Position numbers and translations under genes: made by a program. A stretch of DNA of 64,000 nt from Candidatus Sulfomarinibacteraceae bacterium (GTDB lineage Bacteria > Acidobacteriota > Thermoanaerobaculia > Thermoanaerobaculales > Sulfomarinibacteraceae): assembly GCA_963796455.1 (NCBI GenBank), contig CAWCLO010000006.1, positions 192,001-256,000 on the forward strand, given 5' to 3'. A model generated the notes under the pieces. The model had not been told where the DNA came from. It ran no database searches and was given only the letters and a program-made list of their open reading frames with translations. Numbering within the stretch: position 1 is the first letter of the stretch; each line of letters starts with the position of its first letter. Positions 20,667 through 31,108 of this stretch are shown here, piece by piece.

Positions 20667-21061
20667 TGTCACCGTTCATCCAGATCTTCATGCAGGGCGG
20701 GATTCTGATGTTTCCGCTGCTGCTCATCTCGTTGGTTCTCCTCGGAATCATCATTCGCGCCACATGGCACCTCCTGGTCGACGGCGGTACCGATACCGCC
20801 GCCGTTGAAAACTGTCTCGACGGGTTGCTTTTCTGGGGCAGTTTCGCAGTCATCATCGGGGTGCTCGGATCGGCCATCGGTTATCACCGGGCGATGTCCG
20901 CAATCACGGCCTATGGCGTCGTGAACCCGCGGGCAGTTTGGATCGGCACCGCCGAAGGGATGGTCTCCACCATCGCCGGGCTCCTCGTGGTGGTTATCGC
21001 CGGGATGGCATGGTTCTTACTGCGATGGCGATACCTCAGCCTCCGTCGGGTCGGAGTCTGA
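20666..21061 (+). CDS. Short MotA/TolQ/ExbB proton-channel family protein
   Basis: GGAGG, TGATG coupling; FMQGGILMFPL..IIGVLGSAIG..GTAEGMVSTIAGL. Confidence 0.75.
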   Translation: MSPFIQIFMQGGILMFPLLLISLVLLGIIIRATWHLLVDGGTDTAAVENCLDGLLFWGSFAVIIGVLGSAIGYHRAMSAITAYGVVNPRAVWIGTAEGMVSTIAGLLVVVIAGMAWFLLRWRYLSLRRVGV

Positions 21062-21153
21062 GATCCGGCCAAAAATCGACCGCAGATATCCCGAAATGGG
21101 CACCTTCTCTCCCGAGACCGGGAGGTGACGGCCTCTGAACTCGTCAAACATCC

Positions 21154-21168
21154 GGGCACGCAGGTTGC
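21154..21168 (+). promoter_or_regulatory. sigma54 promoter candidate
   Basis: GGGCAC-GCAGG-TTGC(A), ~47 nt upstream of the serine hydrolase start. Confidence 0.5.
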
Positions 21169-21214
21169 ACTCCATCGACCTGAGACGAGATTGCCGTTGA
21201 AAGGACTTCGGTTG

Positions 21215-22289
21215 ATGTACTTGTTCAAATGCTTGCTTTTTGTCATGGTCGTATTGGCTCTCACACCGTGCACAGCCTCCGCCGAGGCCGCACGATTCAG
21301 CGATGAAGTTCTGGCGGAGATCGCGGCAAAAATCAATCAGGCGCACGAGGCCGACGAGTTCTCCGGCGTCGTGCTGGTTGCGCAGGACGGTGAGGTGTTG
21401 CTGCAAATGGCAGTCGGTTTCGCTCGCCGCGAAACAAGGGTGCCGAACAACATCGAATTCCGCTACAACATCGGTTCCATCACCAAAGTATTCACACGGG
21501 TCCTGATCACCCAACTCGACTCGGAAGGCCGACTCGACCTCCACGACACGATCGCGCACCACCTCACCGATTATCCCGACCCCGAGATCGCCCAAAAGGT
21601 GACCATCCAGCACCTCCTCGACATGTCCTCCGGGCTCGGCGACATCTTTGGCGAACGTTACGACGCAACGCCCAAGGATGAAATCATGACCCTCACGGAC
21701 TACCTCGCGCTTTTCGCCGGCATACCACTCGAATTCGAGCCCGGCACCTCGAAACGTTACTCCAACGCCGGATATATCGTGCTCGGTCTGATCATCGAGA
21801 AACTGACCGGGTTGCCCTACCATCAGGCGGTTGCAGAACGGGTCTACAAACCGGCAGGAATGAAGTCCTCGGCGAGCTTGGCCAGGAACGGGCTCCCGGA
21901 AGACGCGGCCTTCGGCTACACCCGCGAGGGATGGATGTCGGCCATGGAGGGTGGAGAAGCACCGACCGGTGAATGGAGGGTCAACACTGACACCCTCCCC
22001 GGCCGGGGCAGCTCCGCCGGCGGCACCTACTCCACGGCGCGCGATTTGATGGCCTTCAACTACGCGGTCGAAAAAGGCAAGCTCGGCGATGCAAGCTATT
22101 TTCGTAAGTGCGGCGGGATGCGGATTTGCCGGCGGCGCACAAGGAATCAACGCCACCCTCCTGTCCAACTGGGACACCGGCTGGACAGTCGTCACCCTTG
22201 CCAACCTCGATCCACCCTCGGCCATGACCCTCGCGCGCTCCATAAGCGAGATCCTCGAGCCGCCGGCCGATACCGAATCGGCGCAGTGA
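21215..22289 (+). CDS. Serine hydrolase, beta-lactamase/AmpC-like family (frameshift near 22100)
   Basis: Signal peptide, SITK (SxxK), YSN; the expected C-terminus (FAGGAQGINA..VVTLANLDPPSA) lies in ORF 22089-22289. Confidence 0.85.
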
Positions 22290-22517
22290 ACATCCCACCG
22301 ATCCCGGCAGCGCTTGAGTTCTCGACCAAAGGGTTGAGTTCCCGAACCTGAACCTGCAAACAGCTTCCGATTTCAGTTTCGATGAGGCCGATAACTGGCC
22401 GTCACACCTCGAAATCTCCTGATCGATTCTTTGTCTCATTTCACCTATTTCAAATGTTATACTTGCTATAAGTGACATAGACGTCGCTCAACCGCCACCA
22501 CGCTTCCTTGGAGCACC

Positions 22518-23078
22518 ATGACCGCAAAATCCCAGGATTCCGTCATCGTCGAGAGCACGCGCTACGACCTCTGTGGTGTGCACGGAGAAGGCCTTTTCGA
22601 GCCCCGCTATTACGACATCGAGACCGAGCCGCCGACCAGGGCCTGCTCGCGCGGCTATGCCTGCGGATACGCAATCAGGGAGAAGCAGCTCTTCCTCACC
22701 GAGCTCGAGATCTGGTCGGACCCCTCGCTCTGGAATCACTACCGGCGCCGAATCGCCGAGATTTTCGGCGCCTCCGTCGCCCTTGCCGGCGACCATCCAT
22801 TGATCGACGTGCGACAACTCACTTTTCCGGTGCCATTCACCGGCGGTCTCTATCTCGGCAGGGGTTTCATGGAAGAGACCCACACTCACATCGGGACCCA
22901 CCCGGCCCACACCTATCGCGAAGTCATCGAGCTCACCTTCGAGTCCGGGAATCTCCTGGCTTCCGCCAACAGATCCTTCGAGATGGCCGAGGTTCGCCTC
23001 CGCCAGAGCTTTGGCGAGGAGCACCGCAGAAGGCAACTTGCCAGATGGATCGACGATTCTTTTTGGACGACCTCCTGA
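22518..23078 (+). CDS. Hypothetical protein
   Basis: GGAG RBS; 186 aa; TRACSRGY and FTGGLYLGRGF..YREVIELTFESG look like a widespread uncharacterised family. Confidence 0.7.
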   Translation: MTAKSQDSVIVESTRYDLCGVHGEGLFEPRYYDIETEPPTRACSRGYACGYAIREKQLFLTELEIWSDPSLWNHYRRRIAEIFGASVALAGDHPLIDVRQLTFPVPFTGGLYLGRGFMEETHTHIGTHPAHTYREVIELTFESGNLLASANRSFEMAEVRLRQSFGEEHRRRQLARWIDDSFWTTS

Positions 23079-23149
23079 GCCCATCCGTTGCAACCTGAAG
23101 CTACGGAACGAGGCCGCGGCCTGTTCAACCCCACCGTCAAGGCCTTCAG

Positions 23150-24738
23150 CTATCGAGCAAGAGGTGGCGTCGATCGAGGCGCTCGTCGATGGTGGGTCGC
23201 CTGCTCGTAAGCGTATGCCAGGGCGATGAGGCGGGCTTCCGACCAGGCATCGCCAAAGAACTGAAGACCAACCGGAAGCTCCCCACTCACCCATCCCATG
23301 GGCACCGTGATCGCAGGGAAGCCTGTACCGGGAGAGAGATCCTGGCTGTTGTCACCATGGGGCGTATTGAGGTCACCTATCAGCCGCGGGGGATTGCTCC
23401 ACGTGGGATAGACCATGGCATCGAGACGATGCACTTCGAACTGATGACGGACGGCAGCGCGCAGCAATTCCCGATTCGCCAGAGATTGGATACAGCCGGG
23501 GTTGGTCTCCGGAGGCTCTGCGACCGCCTGGCCCCGCTCCATGCGTGGTCTGATTTGAGGATGGAATTTCCGCGAGGCGATAATTTCTTCCAGCGTTTGT
23601 ATAGGGCGCCGCCGAACCGAGGCTGGCCAGATACTTATTGAGGTCCCATTTGAAACGTGAGCACCAGAGACCACTTTCTCTGAGGGCTTCCATTTCCGGA
23701 ATCATCACCGGATCGACGATGATCGCGCCGGCGCTTCTCCAGATCAACGAGCGCCTCTTCGAAGCGTGCGATCACCTCGAGGTCGGCGCCGTCACGATTC
23801 GACCACTGCCGCATGACCCCGATACGTGCCCCCCGCAGGGCATCGGCATCGAGAAACTCCGCATAGTCTGCTGCACGGTGCGCGGTGGCCGCGGCCGTCA
23901 CCGGGTCGGCGGGATCGTGACCGGCGATGACGTCGAAAACAGCCACCGCGTCGGCAACCGTCCGCGCCATCGGTCCACCGATGTCGTGGTCGAAGTACAG
24001 CGGCACGATACCGTCGCGGCTCGTGAGCCCCATGGTCGACCGGATCCCGACCAGGGCGGTATGTGAGGACGGACCGCGGATCGAATTGCCGGTGTCGGTC
24101 CCGAGCCCGACCGCTCCCAGACTGGCGGCGACGGAGGCCGCCGTACCGCCGCTTGAACCGGCGGGTACGCGATTGAGCGCATAAGGATTCCGGGTGTGTC
24201 CGGGCAGTACCGAACCAACAGTTTCATAGGGCGTGAATGCAAACTCCGCCATGTTGGATTTGGCGAGAACAATCGCACCAGCCTCACGCAGCCGTCGCAC
24301 TTGGAAAGCATCATCCGGTGGTCTGGAACCGGCCAGGGAAAGAGACGCCGCGGTGGTCGGTAGATCGCCAGTGTCGTAGTTGTCTTTGACGATCACGGGA
24401 ATTCCATGCAACGGCCCGATCATCCCCTTGGTTGCGAACACCTGGTCGAGTTCCTCCGCCCGGGCAAGAGCGTTGGGATTGATCGTGATGATGGCGTTGA
24501 TCGAGGGCCCCTGCTTGTCGTAGGCCTCAATTCGGTCGAGGTAGAGCTGCACCAGCTCCTCTGCAGTCAGTTTCCCCGCCGACATGGCGTCATGGATATC
24601 CGAGATGGATGCCTCGACCACCTCGAAGCTCGGTCTCGCTCGTTGGCCCCCATCCGTGTCCGAGGTCTGTGCCTTCGCTTGATTCAAACCGCCGATGAAC
24701 ACCACGACACCCAAAAATGCAACCAGTGTTGGACGCAT
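23150..24738 (-). CDS. Secreted amidase-signature enzyme (two frameshifts, ~23735 and ~23600)
   Basis: [30 protein letters not shown]; continues in ORFs 23373-23747 and 23150-23674 ([25 protein letters not shown]). Confidence 0.85.
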
Positions 24739-25211
24739 CAGCCGCTCCCCTCCAGTTTGGTGGAAGAAGGGTACCAGCATGCTTTCGTTCCACGATGAAA
24801 CTAATTCGCAGGTTTTCGGCGTATGCATTTCTTCTTGCTCTCGCCGCGGGCGCCTCGACACCAAGCGATTTTGAGCAGGAACCCACCCATCGGCCTGGAA
24901 ACGTTTCCAGGCCGGTTTTCTGAAAATCGTTCCCATGGAGAGCGAGCTCTCGTCTCGATCAACCGAATTCTCTCTTCACAGCTCGATTCCAGATCTGATA
25001 TGATCCCGCCGTTACAAGAATAGACAGAAAAAGGGACGGCCGCCGTTGGTATGTTCTCAGCAAACGGGTATTTATCGGAGCCAATTCAAGGCTCGGCGAA
25101 AGCTGTGTTCACGAAGGGAGGTCCGGGCCGCTACCGGGCGGCGAAGGCAGCGCTTGAGTACGGAAAAAAGCTGTTGAGTTTCAATCATTTATTACTTTGA
25201 AGGAGGGTGAG

Positions 25212-27521
25212 ATGAAGAAAGCAACCTTTGGCGTGATCATCGGACTGTTGATCGCCGGACTGTGGGCGCCGCCCGTGGTTGAGGCGGCCGACGAAGGAGG
25301 AATGAGAGACGTCATCATTCAAACCGACGGTTCATCCGAAAAGCTGTTGGAATATATCCGGTCGGTCGGCGGTGAGGTCACGATCCGCTACCGCAACGTG
25401 AACGCATTCGCGGCAAGGGTTCCGGTCGAGGCACTCGCCAAGGTCGCAACACTCGAGGGTGTCGACCGGGTCAGCAAAGACCGGATGATGTATATGACCG
25501 ACACCGTTGCGGGTGGCAAGAATTCTTCCAACCCCGAGTCCTACGTCGTCGAAGACTCGGTCGGCCTCGTCATAGGCCCGGGCGATCTCGATTTCACCGA
25601 ACCTTTTGTGGTTCCGGACGGCTATGCCAATTTCGTCCTCACCGGGGCGATGAAAATCTGGCCCGATACTTTCGCCGGTGAGGGTTCGATCGTGGCAGTG
25701 GTCGACTCCGGGGTCGCGCCCAATGCCTGCCTGCAACACGCCGTCGTCGGTGCACCCGGGTTTCCGGACGGCTACAACGCCACCGCTGATGGCGTGCCCG
25801 CAACCAGCCCAACCAATTTCTGGCACGGGACCCATGTTGCCGGCGTGATTTCATCGGCCTGCGCCCTGGACTATTCCGCAACCCCCGATGCCGAAATTTA
25901 CAAGGCCCAGGAGCCCTTCCTCGGTTGGCCTGTGGATTTCGTTCCGATCTACGGCCAGGCGCCAGGCGCCCAGATCTATCCCGTCAAGGTTTTCCCGGAA
26001 AGTGGAGCCGGTTCTCCGACATCGGTCATCCTCGACGGTCTCGATCACATCCTCACTCTGAAGAAGTCCGGAGAGATGGACATCGACATCATCAACATGA
26101 GCCTCGGTGGTCCGACCGGGTGGGACGCCCGTGATCCCTACGACAGATTCATGAGTAAACTCAGACGTGCCGGCATGATCGTGATCACATCTTCGGGCAA
26201 CTCCGGACCGGTTCCCAACACCGTCGGTTCGCCGGGTACCGCCTTGGCCACCCTCTCGGTGGCTGCACTGGACTACGCCGAGAGCTCACGGACATTTTAT
26301 GAGTGGCTCGGGCTGGCACGCTGGCCCCTGGCCCCGGGGATGGGTCTGATCATGCGACCCACCGACGAAGTCAGGATTTCGAACTTCTCTTCCCGCGGGC
26401 CCCTGAGCGATGGCACTCTGGGAAGCGAAATCGCCGCGTTGGGAAGCTGGAATTTCCACGTCGGACCGCAAAACGAATTGCGGTGGGCAGGCGGCACATC
26501 TTTTGCCGCGCCGACGGTGGCGGGTGTCGCGGCACTTCTCAATGCTTGGTGGGAGGCTGAAGGCCACAAAACCGATCCCTGGACCATCGAAGACACCCTG
26601 TTGTTTTCCGCCAATCCGGATCTCGTGGGAGACCCGTGGAAGGACGTCAATGCCCAGGGATTCGGCGTGCTCGATGCGGTAGCGGCCTTCGAAATGCTGA
26701 TTTCGGGAGAATGCATCTGGAAAGACTACCCCTACCCGGGCCCCCTGCACTCGAACGTTTTGGGCTGGGCGAACAAGGGCCAGACCCAGGTCTGGGAGAG
26801 CGACACCATCACCATCGGTCCGAACGAGCCTTTTGACGCGGTTTTTGACATCGGTATATACACCAGCAATGTCTTGATCGAAGTTTTCGACGTCGTGACT
26901 CCAGACAATTCCTCCTATGCCTACTGGGGCAATGCGCTCGAGATCCACGTCCAGAGCGCCAAACGAACCACCTATGAGCACGCGATCGACGGCATATTCT
27001 GGTACACCTCTATCTACGGAGATGCGTTCGACATCGTCATCGACGACGGGTCATGGACTTTCTGGGATATCCCGTGGGCCGAGCAGCCAATGGAGCCTGG
27101 GTTGATGAAACTCAGCATGATCGGCGACTCGTCGAACGAAGAGGCGGTCAGCTTCAAGGTGCGCATCACCAGGGAAAATGATCGTATGCCCTGGAAACGC
27201 GATCGCATCACCAGGCAGAAAATCAATCAGGACGACTCGATCCTCATTCCGGTCGAGATTCCGGACGGCGTGGCCAAAGCGACCTTCGATCTCGAGTGGA
27301 ACCGAAACTGGAGCAGGTTCCCGACCAACGATCTCGACATGTACGTCTTTGATCCGGATGGAGCGTTGGTTTCCTTTGATGCCGCAACCGCCAATTCGCC
27401 CGAGCGCGAGGTCGTCGAAAACCCGATGGCCGGCATGTGGTACGTACAGGTCGACGGATACGAGGTCTTCAAAAAGGACAGATTCTCCGTGTATCTGACA
27501 ACGGAGGAAATCGCCCCCTGA
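25212..27521 (+). CDS. Secreted S8 (subtilisin-like) serine protease with C-terminal PPC domain
   Basis: Catalytic motifs VAVVDSG, HGTHVAG, GTSFAAP; oxyanion SGNSG; NDLDMYVFDPDG..NSPERE..GMWYVQV. Confidence 0.92.
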   Translation: MKKATFGVIIGLLIAGLWAPPVVEAADEGGMRDVIIQTDGSSEKLLEYIRSVGGEVTIRYRNVNAFAARVPVEALAKVATLEGVDRVSKDRMMYMTDTVAGGKNSSNPESYVVEDSVGLVIGPGDLDFTEPFVVPDGYANFVLTGAMKIWPDTFAGEGSIVAVVDSGVAPNACLQHAVVGAPGFPDGYNATADGVPATSPTNFWHGTHVAGVISSACALDYSATPDAEIYKAQEPFLGWPVDFVPIYGQAPGAQIYPVKVFPESGAGSPTSVILDGLDHILTLKKSGEMDIDIINMSLGGPTGWDARDPYDRFMSKLRRAGMIVITSSGNSGPVPNTVGSPGTALATLSVAALDYAESSRTFYEWLGLARWPLAPGMGLIMRPTDEVRISNFSSRGPLSDGTLGSEIAALGSWNFHVGPQNELRWAGGTSFAAPTVAGVAALLNAWWEAEGHKTDPWTIEDTLLFSANPDLVGDPWKDVNAQGFGVLDAVAAFEMLISGECIWKDYPYPGPLHSNVLGWANKGQTQVWESDTITIGPNEPFDAVFDIGIYTSNVLIEVFDVVTPDNSSYAYWGNALEIHVQSAKRTTYEHAIDGIFWYTSIYGDAFDIVIDDGSWTFWDIPWAEQPMEPGLMKLSMIGDSSNEEAVSFKVRITRENDRMPWKRDRITRQKINQDDSILIPVEIPDGVAKATFDLEWNRNWSRFPTNDLDMYVFDPDGALVSFDAATANSPEREVVENPMAGMWYVQVDGYEVFKKDRFSVYLTTEEIAP

Positions 27522-27541
27522 GCTGATTTGAGCAATAACCC

Positions 27542-27574
27542 AAGGGGAGAGCCTTTGGCTCTCCCCTTTTTTTT
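27542..27574 (+). terminator. Rho-independent terminator
   Basis: GGGGAGAGCC-TTT-GGCTCTCCCC followed by T8. Confidence 0.9.
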
Positions 27575-27747
27575 CTTTCTTCGGGGATCCCAATGAACGG
27601 CGAGAGTCGCCGTCGACCGATGCTCCTGAATCGGCTCTGGAAACCGACAGCATGTACTGACGTAACTCATGTGGTAGATACCTGGAAACAGACTTGTCTC
27701 AATCAGAGAAGGACTCTGTTCGACGGGAAACAGGACCTGGAGGCCGT

Positions 27748-28797
27748 ATGAAGCCGCATACCGTGTCATTTGTCTTGACTCTTTTGCTCGCAACTGGTCC
27801 CGCCCTCTCTCAGGAACAGATGGAGCCGCCCTACCGTCTCACCCATCCAGCCGATCGCATCAGCTGCTTGAGCCCCGGTCTCGAGACCTCGCCGATCACG
27901 ATCTGCGTCATCGAGACCAATAAGGGCCTGATCGTGGTCGACACGGGTCTCTCGCCCTCCATGGCCGTGCGCACCCGCGCCCGCATCAGCAGCGAGATCG
28001 GCCGCGACGACATCCACTGGGTGATCAACACCCACAGCCACTTCGATCACACCGGCGGCAACCAGGTCTTTTCAGACGCCACAATCATCGGCCATGAAAA
28101 TGTGCCTGCAGCCATGCAGGCTTTCTACGACGGCCGCGAAGCGTGGATCGAGCGCCGCTATCAGTTTCTGGCACGGCACGAGGCCGGGTCCTCGGATGCA
28201 CCGCCCGATTCCCAGCAGGCAAAATCACTCGAAGAACGCCTGTTCTTCAACCACGAACTCATCGAAGATCTTCGCGACGGATATCTCCCCACAACGCCCG
28301 CCATTACCTTTTCCGATCGACTGACTCTCAAAGCAGGAGACCTCGAACTCGTTCTGATCTGGATGGGCAGGGCCCACACCGACAGCGATATCCTTATCCA
28401 CATTCCCACCCTTGGGGTTCTTTTCACCGGCGACCTCTTCCACGACAAGACGTTGGGCACGGCTTATTACACCAGTCCTCTCGACATCGATCGTTGGCTC
28501 AGTGCCCTCGATTCGGTCCTCGAGGATGGCGACATCGATGTGGTGATCGGAGGCCACGGTCTGATCTTCACACCCGAGTGGATTGCCGCTCAGAGGCGTT
28601 ACCTCGGCGAGGTGTGGCAGGCGGTCCGCGAAGCCAAGGCTTCGGGCACCAGTTTCGCCAAACTCACCGAAGGACTGCCATTTGACGATCGCTTTGCCTA
28701 CATCCAAGACGAACTCGGTGTTCCGGCCGAAGAACTCGCCGCCCGGCACGCCGAAATCCTGCAGGATTTCTGGCGAATCGGCCGCGTCACGCAATAA
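27748..28797 (+). CDS. MBL-fold metallo-hydrolase, secreted
   Basis: THSHFDHTGGN, AHTDSD, FTGDL, GGHG; signal peptide. Confidence 0.9.
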   Translation: MKPHTVSFVLTLLLATGPALSQEQMEPPYRLTHPADRISCLSPGLETSPITICVIETNKGLIVVDTGLSPSMAVRTRARISSEIGRDDIHWVINTHSHFDHTGGNQVFSDATIIGHENVPAAMQAFYDGREAWIERRYQFLARHEAGSSDAPPDSQQAKSLEERLFFNHELIEDLRDGYLPTTPAITFSDRLTLKAGDLELVLIWMGRAHTDSDILIHIPTLGVLFTGDLFHDKTLGTAYYTSPLDIDRWLSALDSVLEDGDIDVVIGGHGLIFTPEWIAAQRRYLGEVWQAVREAKASGTSFAKLTEGLPFDDRFAYIQDELGVPAEELAARHAEILQDFWRIGRVTQ

Positions 28798-28962
28798 ACC
28801 AGATTCTCGCCCCCCAGGTTCGTTGATTCTGGAGAGGTGGTGACGGGGTCGGCAGACCTCGTGAGAAACACCAAAAATCCCGTTCTGGGACACCAAACGC
28901 GCCCCTGGCCTCCCCCAGACCGTCCATAGATACGAACTCTGTCGCAATTTCAGCTTGAATCC

Positions 28963-28977
28963 TGGCATTCATCTTGC
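28963..28977 (+). promoter_or_regulatory. sigma54 promoter candidate
   Basis: TGGCAT-TCATC-TTGC, ~54 nt upstream of the M48 peptidase start. Confidence 0.55.
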
Positions 28978-29030
28978 CATTTGAACAAAGGGACACAACA
29001 AAGAGGATCACTCCAAGGGGGGAATTCGCC

Positions 29031-31013
29031 ATGACCAGTCGCTTTGTTCACGCTCTGATTGTTTTCGCCACAGCCTCGGTCGCGACTTCTTTCGTTGCCG
29101 CCCAGGAGAACCCGCAACGCGACATGCAGAAGGAGGGCGTGATCGTCGCCCAGCTCGAGGCGATTTCGCCGGAATCGGTCGCCGCCTTCGAAGCCGCGAC
29201 CTCGGCCCTCGACGGCGATGATTTCGAGCGCGCCGCCATCGAATACCGATCGGTTCTCGAAACGGTTCCCGACTTCGACCCGGCGCTTCGGCGGCTCGGT
29301 GGCGCCTATGTCGAACTCGGCCACTACGACAAGGGCATTGCGCTGATCGAACGTGCCGTGGCGATCAACCGATCCCCCGAAAACATCATCACCCTGGCCT
29401 ACCGTCTCGCGGTCCCGGGTGAAGGACGCGCAGAAGTGTCCAGGGAAGTTCTGACCCGCGCGCACTCCCTGGCGGTCGAGGCTGGACAGCTCGATCCGAA
29501 GGACCCCGAAACCCTCGCTCTCACCGCACAGCTTTCCCTTCAACTCGAGATGATGCCCGCGTTCGACGAGGCGGTGGACCGACTGCTCGCCAACCACCCC
29601 GAAAAAATGCCGACTCGATACTTCGCAGCCGTCCGGGCTGCACTCGACGAGGACTGGGTGGAAGCGGAGCACCAGATTCTCGAGGCGGGCCGCCTCGGCC
29701 TGCCCCGGGAGGCCGTCGACGAGTTTCTCGCGATGGGAGTCGGCAGCCGAGCCACGACCTGGCGCTGGGCTCGATACGCCGCCATCGCCACCGCGGCGTG
29801 GGCCGCCGGTCTGTTGCTGCTTTTTGTGGTCGGAAAGACCCTGTCCGCGATGACCCTGGCGTCGGTCGAGCGTGACGACCCGAACACCGAGGTTTCTGGG
29901 GCCACGAGAAAGCTCCGCTCATCCTATCGACGGGTCGTCACCGCCGCGGGGTTTTATTGGTACGTGTCTCTCCCGTTCGTGGCGCTCGTGGTGGTTGCTC
30001 TGACCGCTTCGCTCATCTACGGATTCCTGATGATCGGCCGGATCCCGATCAAGCTGGCAGCGATCGTCATCATCGGTGCGGTGGTCACCCTCTACGCCAT
30101 CGTCCGCTCGCTCTTCATCCGAATCCGGGACGACGAGGATCCGGGCCGGGCCGTCACCGAGGCCGATGCTCCTGCACTGTGGGCCGTCGCCAGGGAGGTG
30201 GCTGCACGCGTCGGCACCCGACCGATCGACGAAATCTGGCTGACGCCGGGCACCGAGTTGGCGGTCTATGAGCGGGGCGGCATGCGCGCCAAGATGTCGG
30301 ACACGGCCCGCCGGGCGCTGTTGCTCGGCGCCGGGGTGCTCGACGGCTTTGATCAGAATGCCTTCCAGGCGGTGTTGGCCCACGAATACGGCCACTTCTC
30401 CCACCGCGACACGGCCGGCGGCGAAGTGGCGATGCGGGTCCAGAACGGCATGTGGAAATTTGCCGGCGCGCTCGCCGATGCCGGTTATGCGGTGTGGTGG
30501 AACCTGGCCTTCCAGTTCCTCCGCCTCTACGACTTCCTTTTCCGGCGTATTTCACACGGGGCGAGCCGGCTGCAGGAGGTCCTTGCCGACCGGGTTGCGA
30601 TCCAGCGCTACGGCCTTGACGCCTTCAAGGAAGGTCTGACCCACGTGATTCGTCGATCCGTGATCTTCGATCACGCCGTTGATGTGGAGATCAACGATGC
30701 GATCGAGCGGCAGCGCCCATTGGCGAACCTCTATTCGCTGGCGGAGCCCACCGACCGCGAGACAAACCAGACGATCGAGCAACGGGTGGCGTCTGCGCTT
30801 GAAGAGGAAACAACCGAGGACAATACCCATCCCTCACCAAAGGACCGCTTCCGGCTCGGAGAACGGATCGCTGCAATCGGCGCCGGATATTCGCGCGGCC
30901 TCGTCTGGAGTCTTTTTGAAGATCCCGAGGCGATCAAGGCGGAGCTGACAGCGGAAATCGCCGCCAGGATCACCGATGGCACCGGCGTCGATGTCAGGCA
31001 ATCGCAGGCGTGA
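29031..31013 (+). CDS. TPR-containing M48 (HtpX-like) membrane metalloprotease
   Basis: Signal peptide, TPRs, TM segments, VLAHEYGH, QEVLADR, THPSPKDR. Confidence 0.88.
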   Translation: MTSRFVHALIVFATASVATSFVAAQENPQRDMQKEGVIVAQLEAISPESVAAFEAATSALDGDDFERAAIEYRSVLETVPDFDPALRRLGGAYVELGHYDKGIALIERAVAINRSPENIITLAYRLAVPGEGRAEVSREVLTRAHSLAVEAGQLDPKDPETLALTAQLSLQLEMMPAFDEAVDRLLANHPEKMPTRYFAAVRAALDEDWVEAEHQILEAGRLGLPREAVDEFLAMGVGSRATTWRWARYAAIATAAWAAGLLLLFVVGKTLSAMTLASVERDDPNTEVSGATRKLRSSYRRVVTAAGFYWYVSLPFVALVVVALTASLIYGFLMIGRIPIKLAAIVIIGAVVTLYAIVRSLFIRIRDDEDPGRAVTEADAPALWAVAREVAARVGTRPIDEIWLTPGTELAVYERGGMRAKMSDTARRALLLGAGVLDGFDQNAFQAVLAHEYGHFSHRDTAGGEVAMRVQNGMWKFAGALADAGYAVWWNLAFQFLRLYDFLFRRISHGASRLQEVLADRVAIQRYGLDAFKEGLTHVIRRSVIFDHAVDVEINDAIERQRPLANLYSLAEPTDRETNQTIEQRVASALEEETTEDNTHPSPKDRFRLGERIAAIGAGYSRGLVWSLFEDPEAIKAELTAEIAARITDGTGVDVRQSQA

Positions 31014-31108
31014 GGGCATCGACCGCGACTCGATGTGAATACCACCGGCGACAGCGCGTATCTCACACAAGAGGAAACGCCGAACACAAGACGAGTACGG
31101 AGGTCCCG

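Noticed and set aside
19935..21061. Zorya (ZorAB) defence system
   Set aside because: No ZorB/OmpA-domain gene, no long ZorA tail and no ZorC/D/E
27748..28797. MBL and serine hydrolase genes as antibiotic-resistance beta-lactamases
   Set aside because: Only fold-level motifs are visible, and these superfamilies are mostly not beta-lactamases
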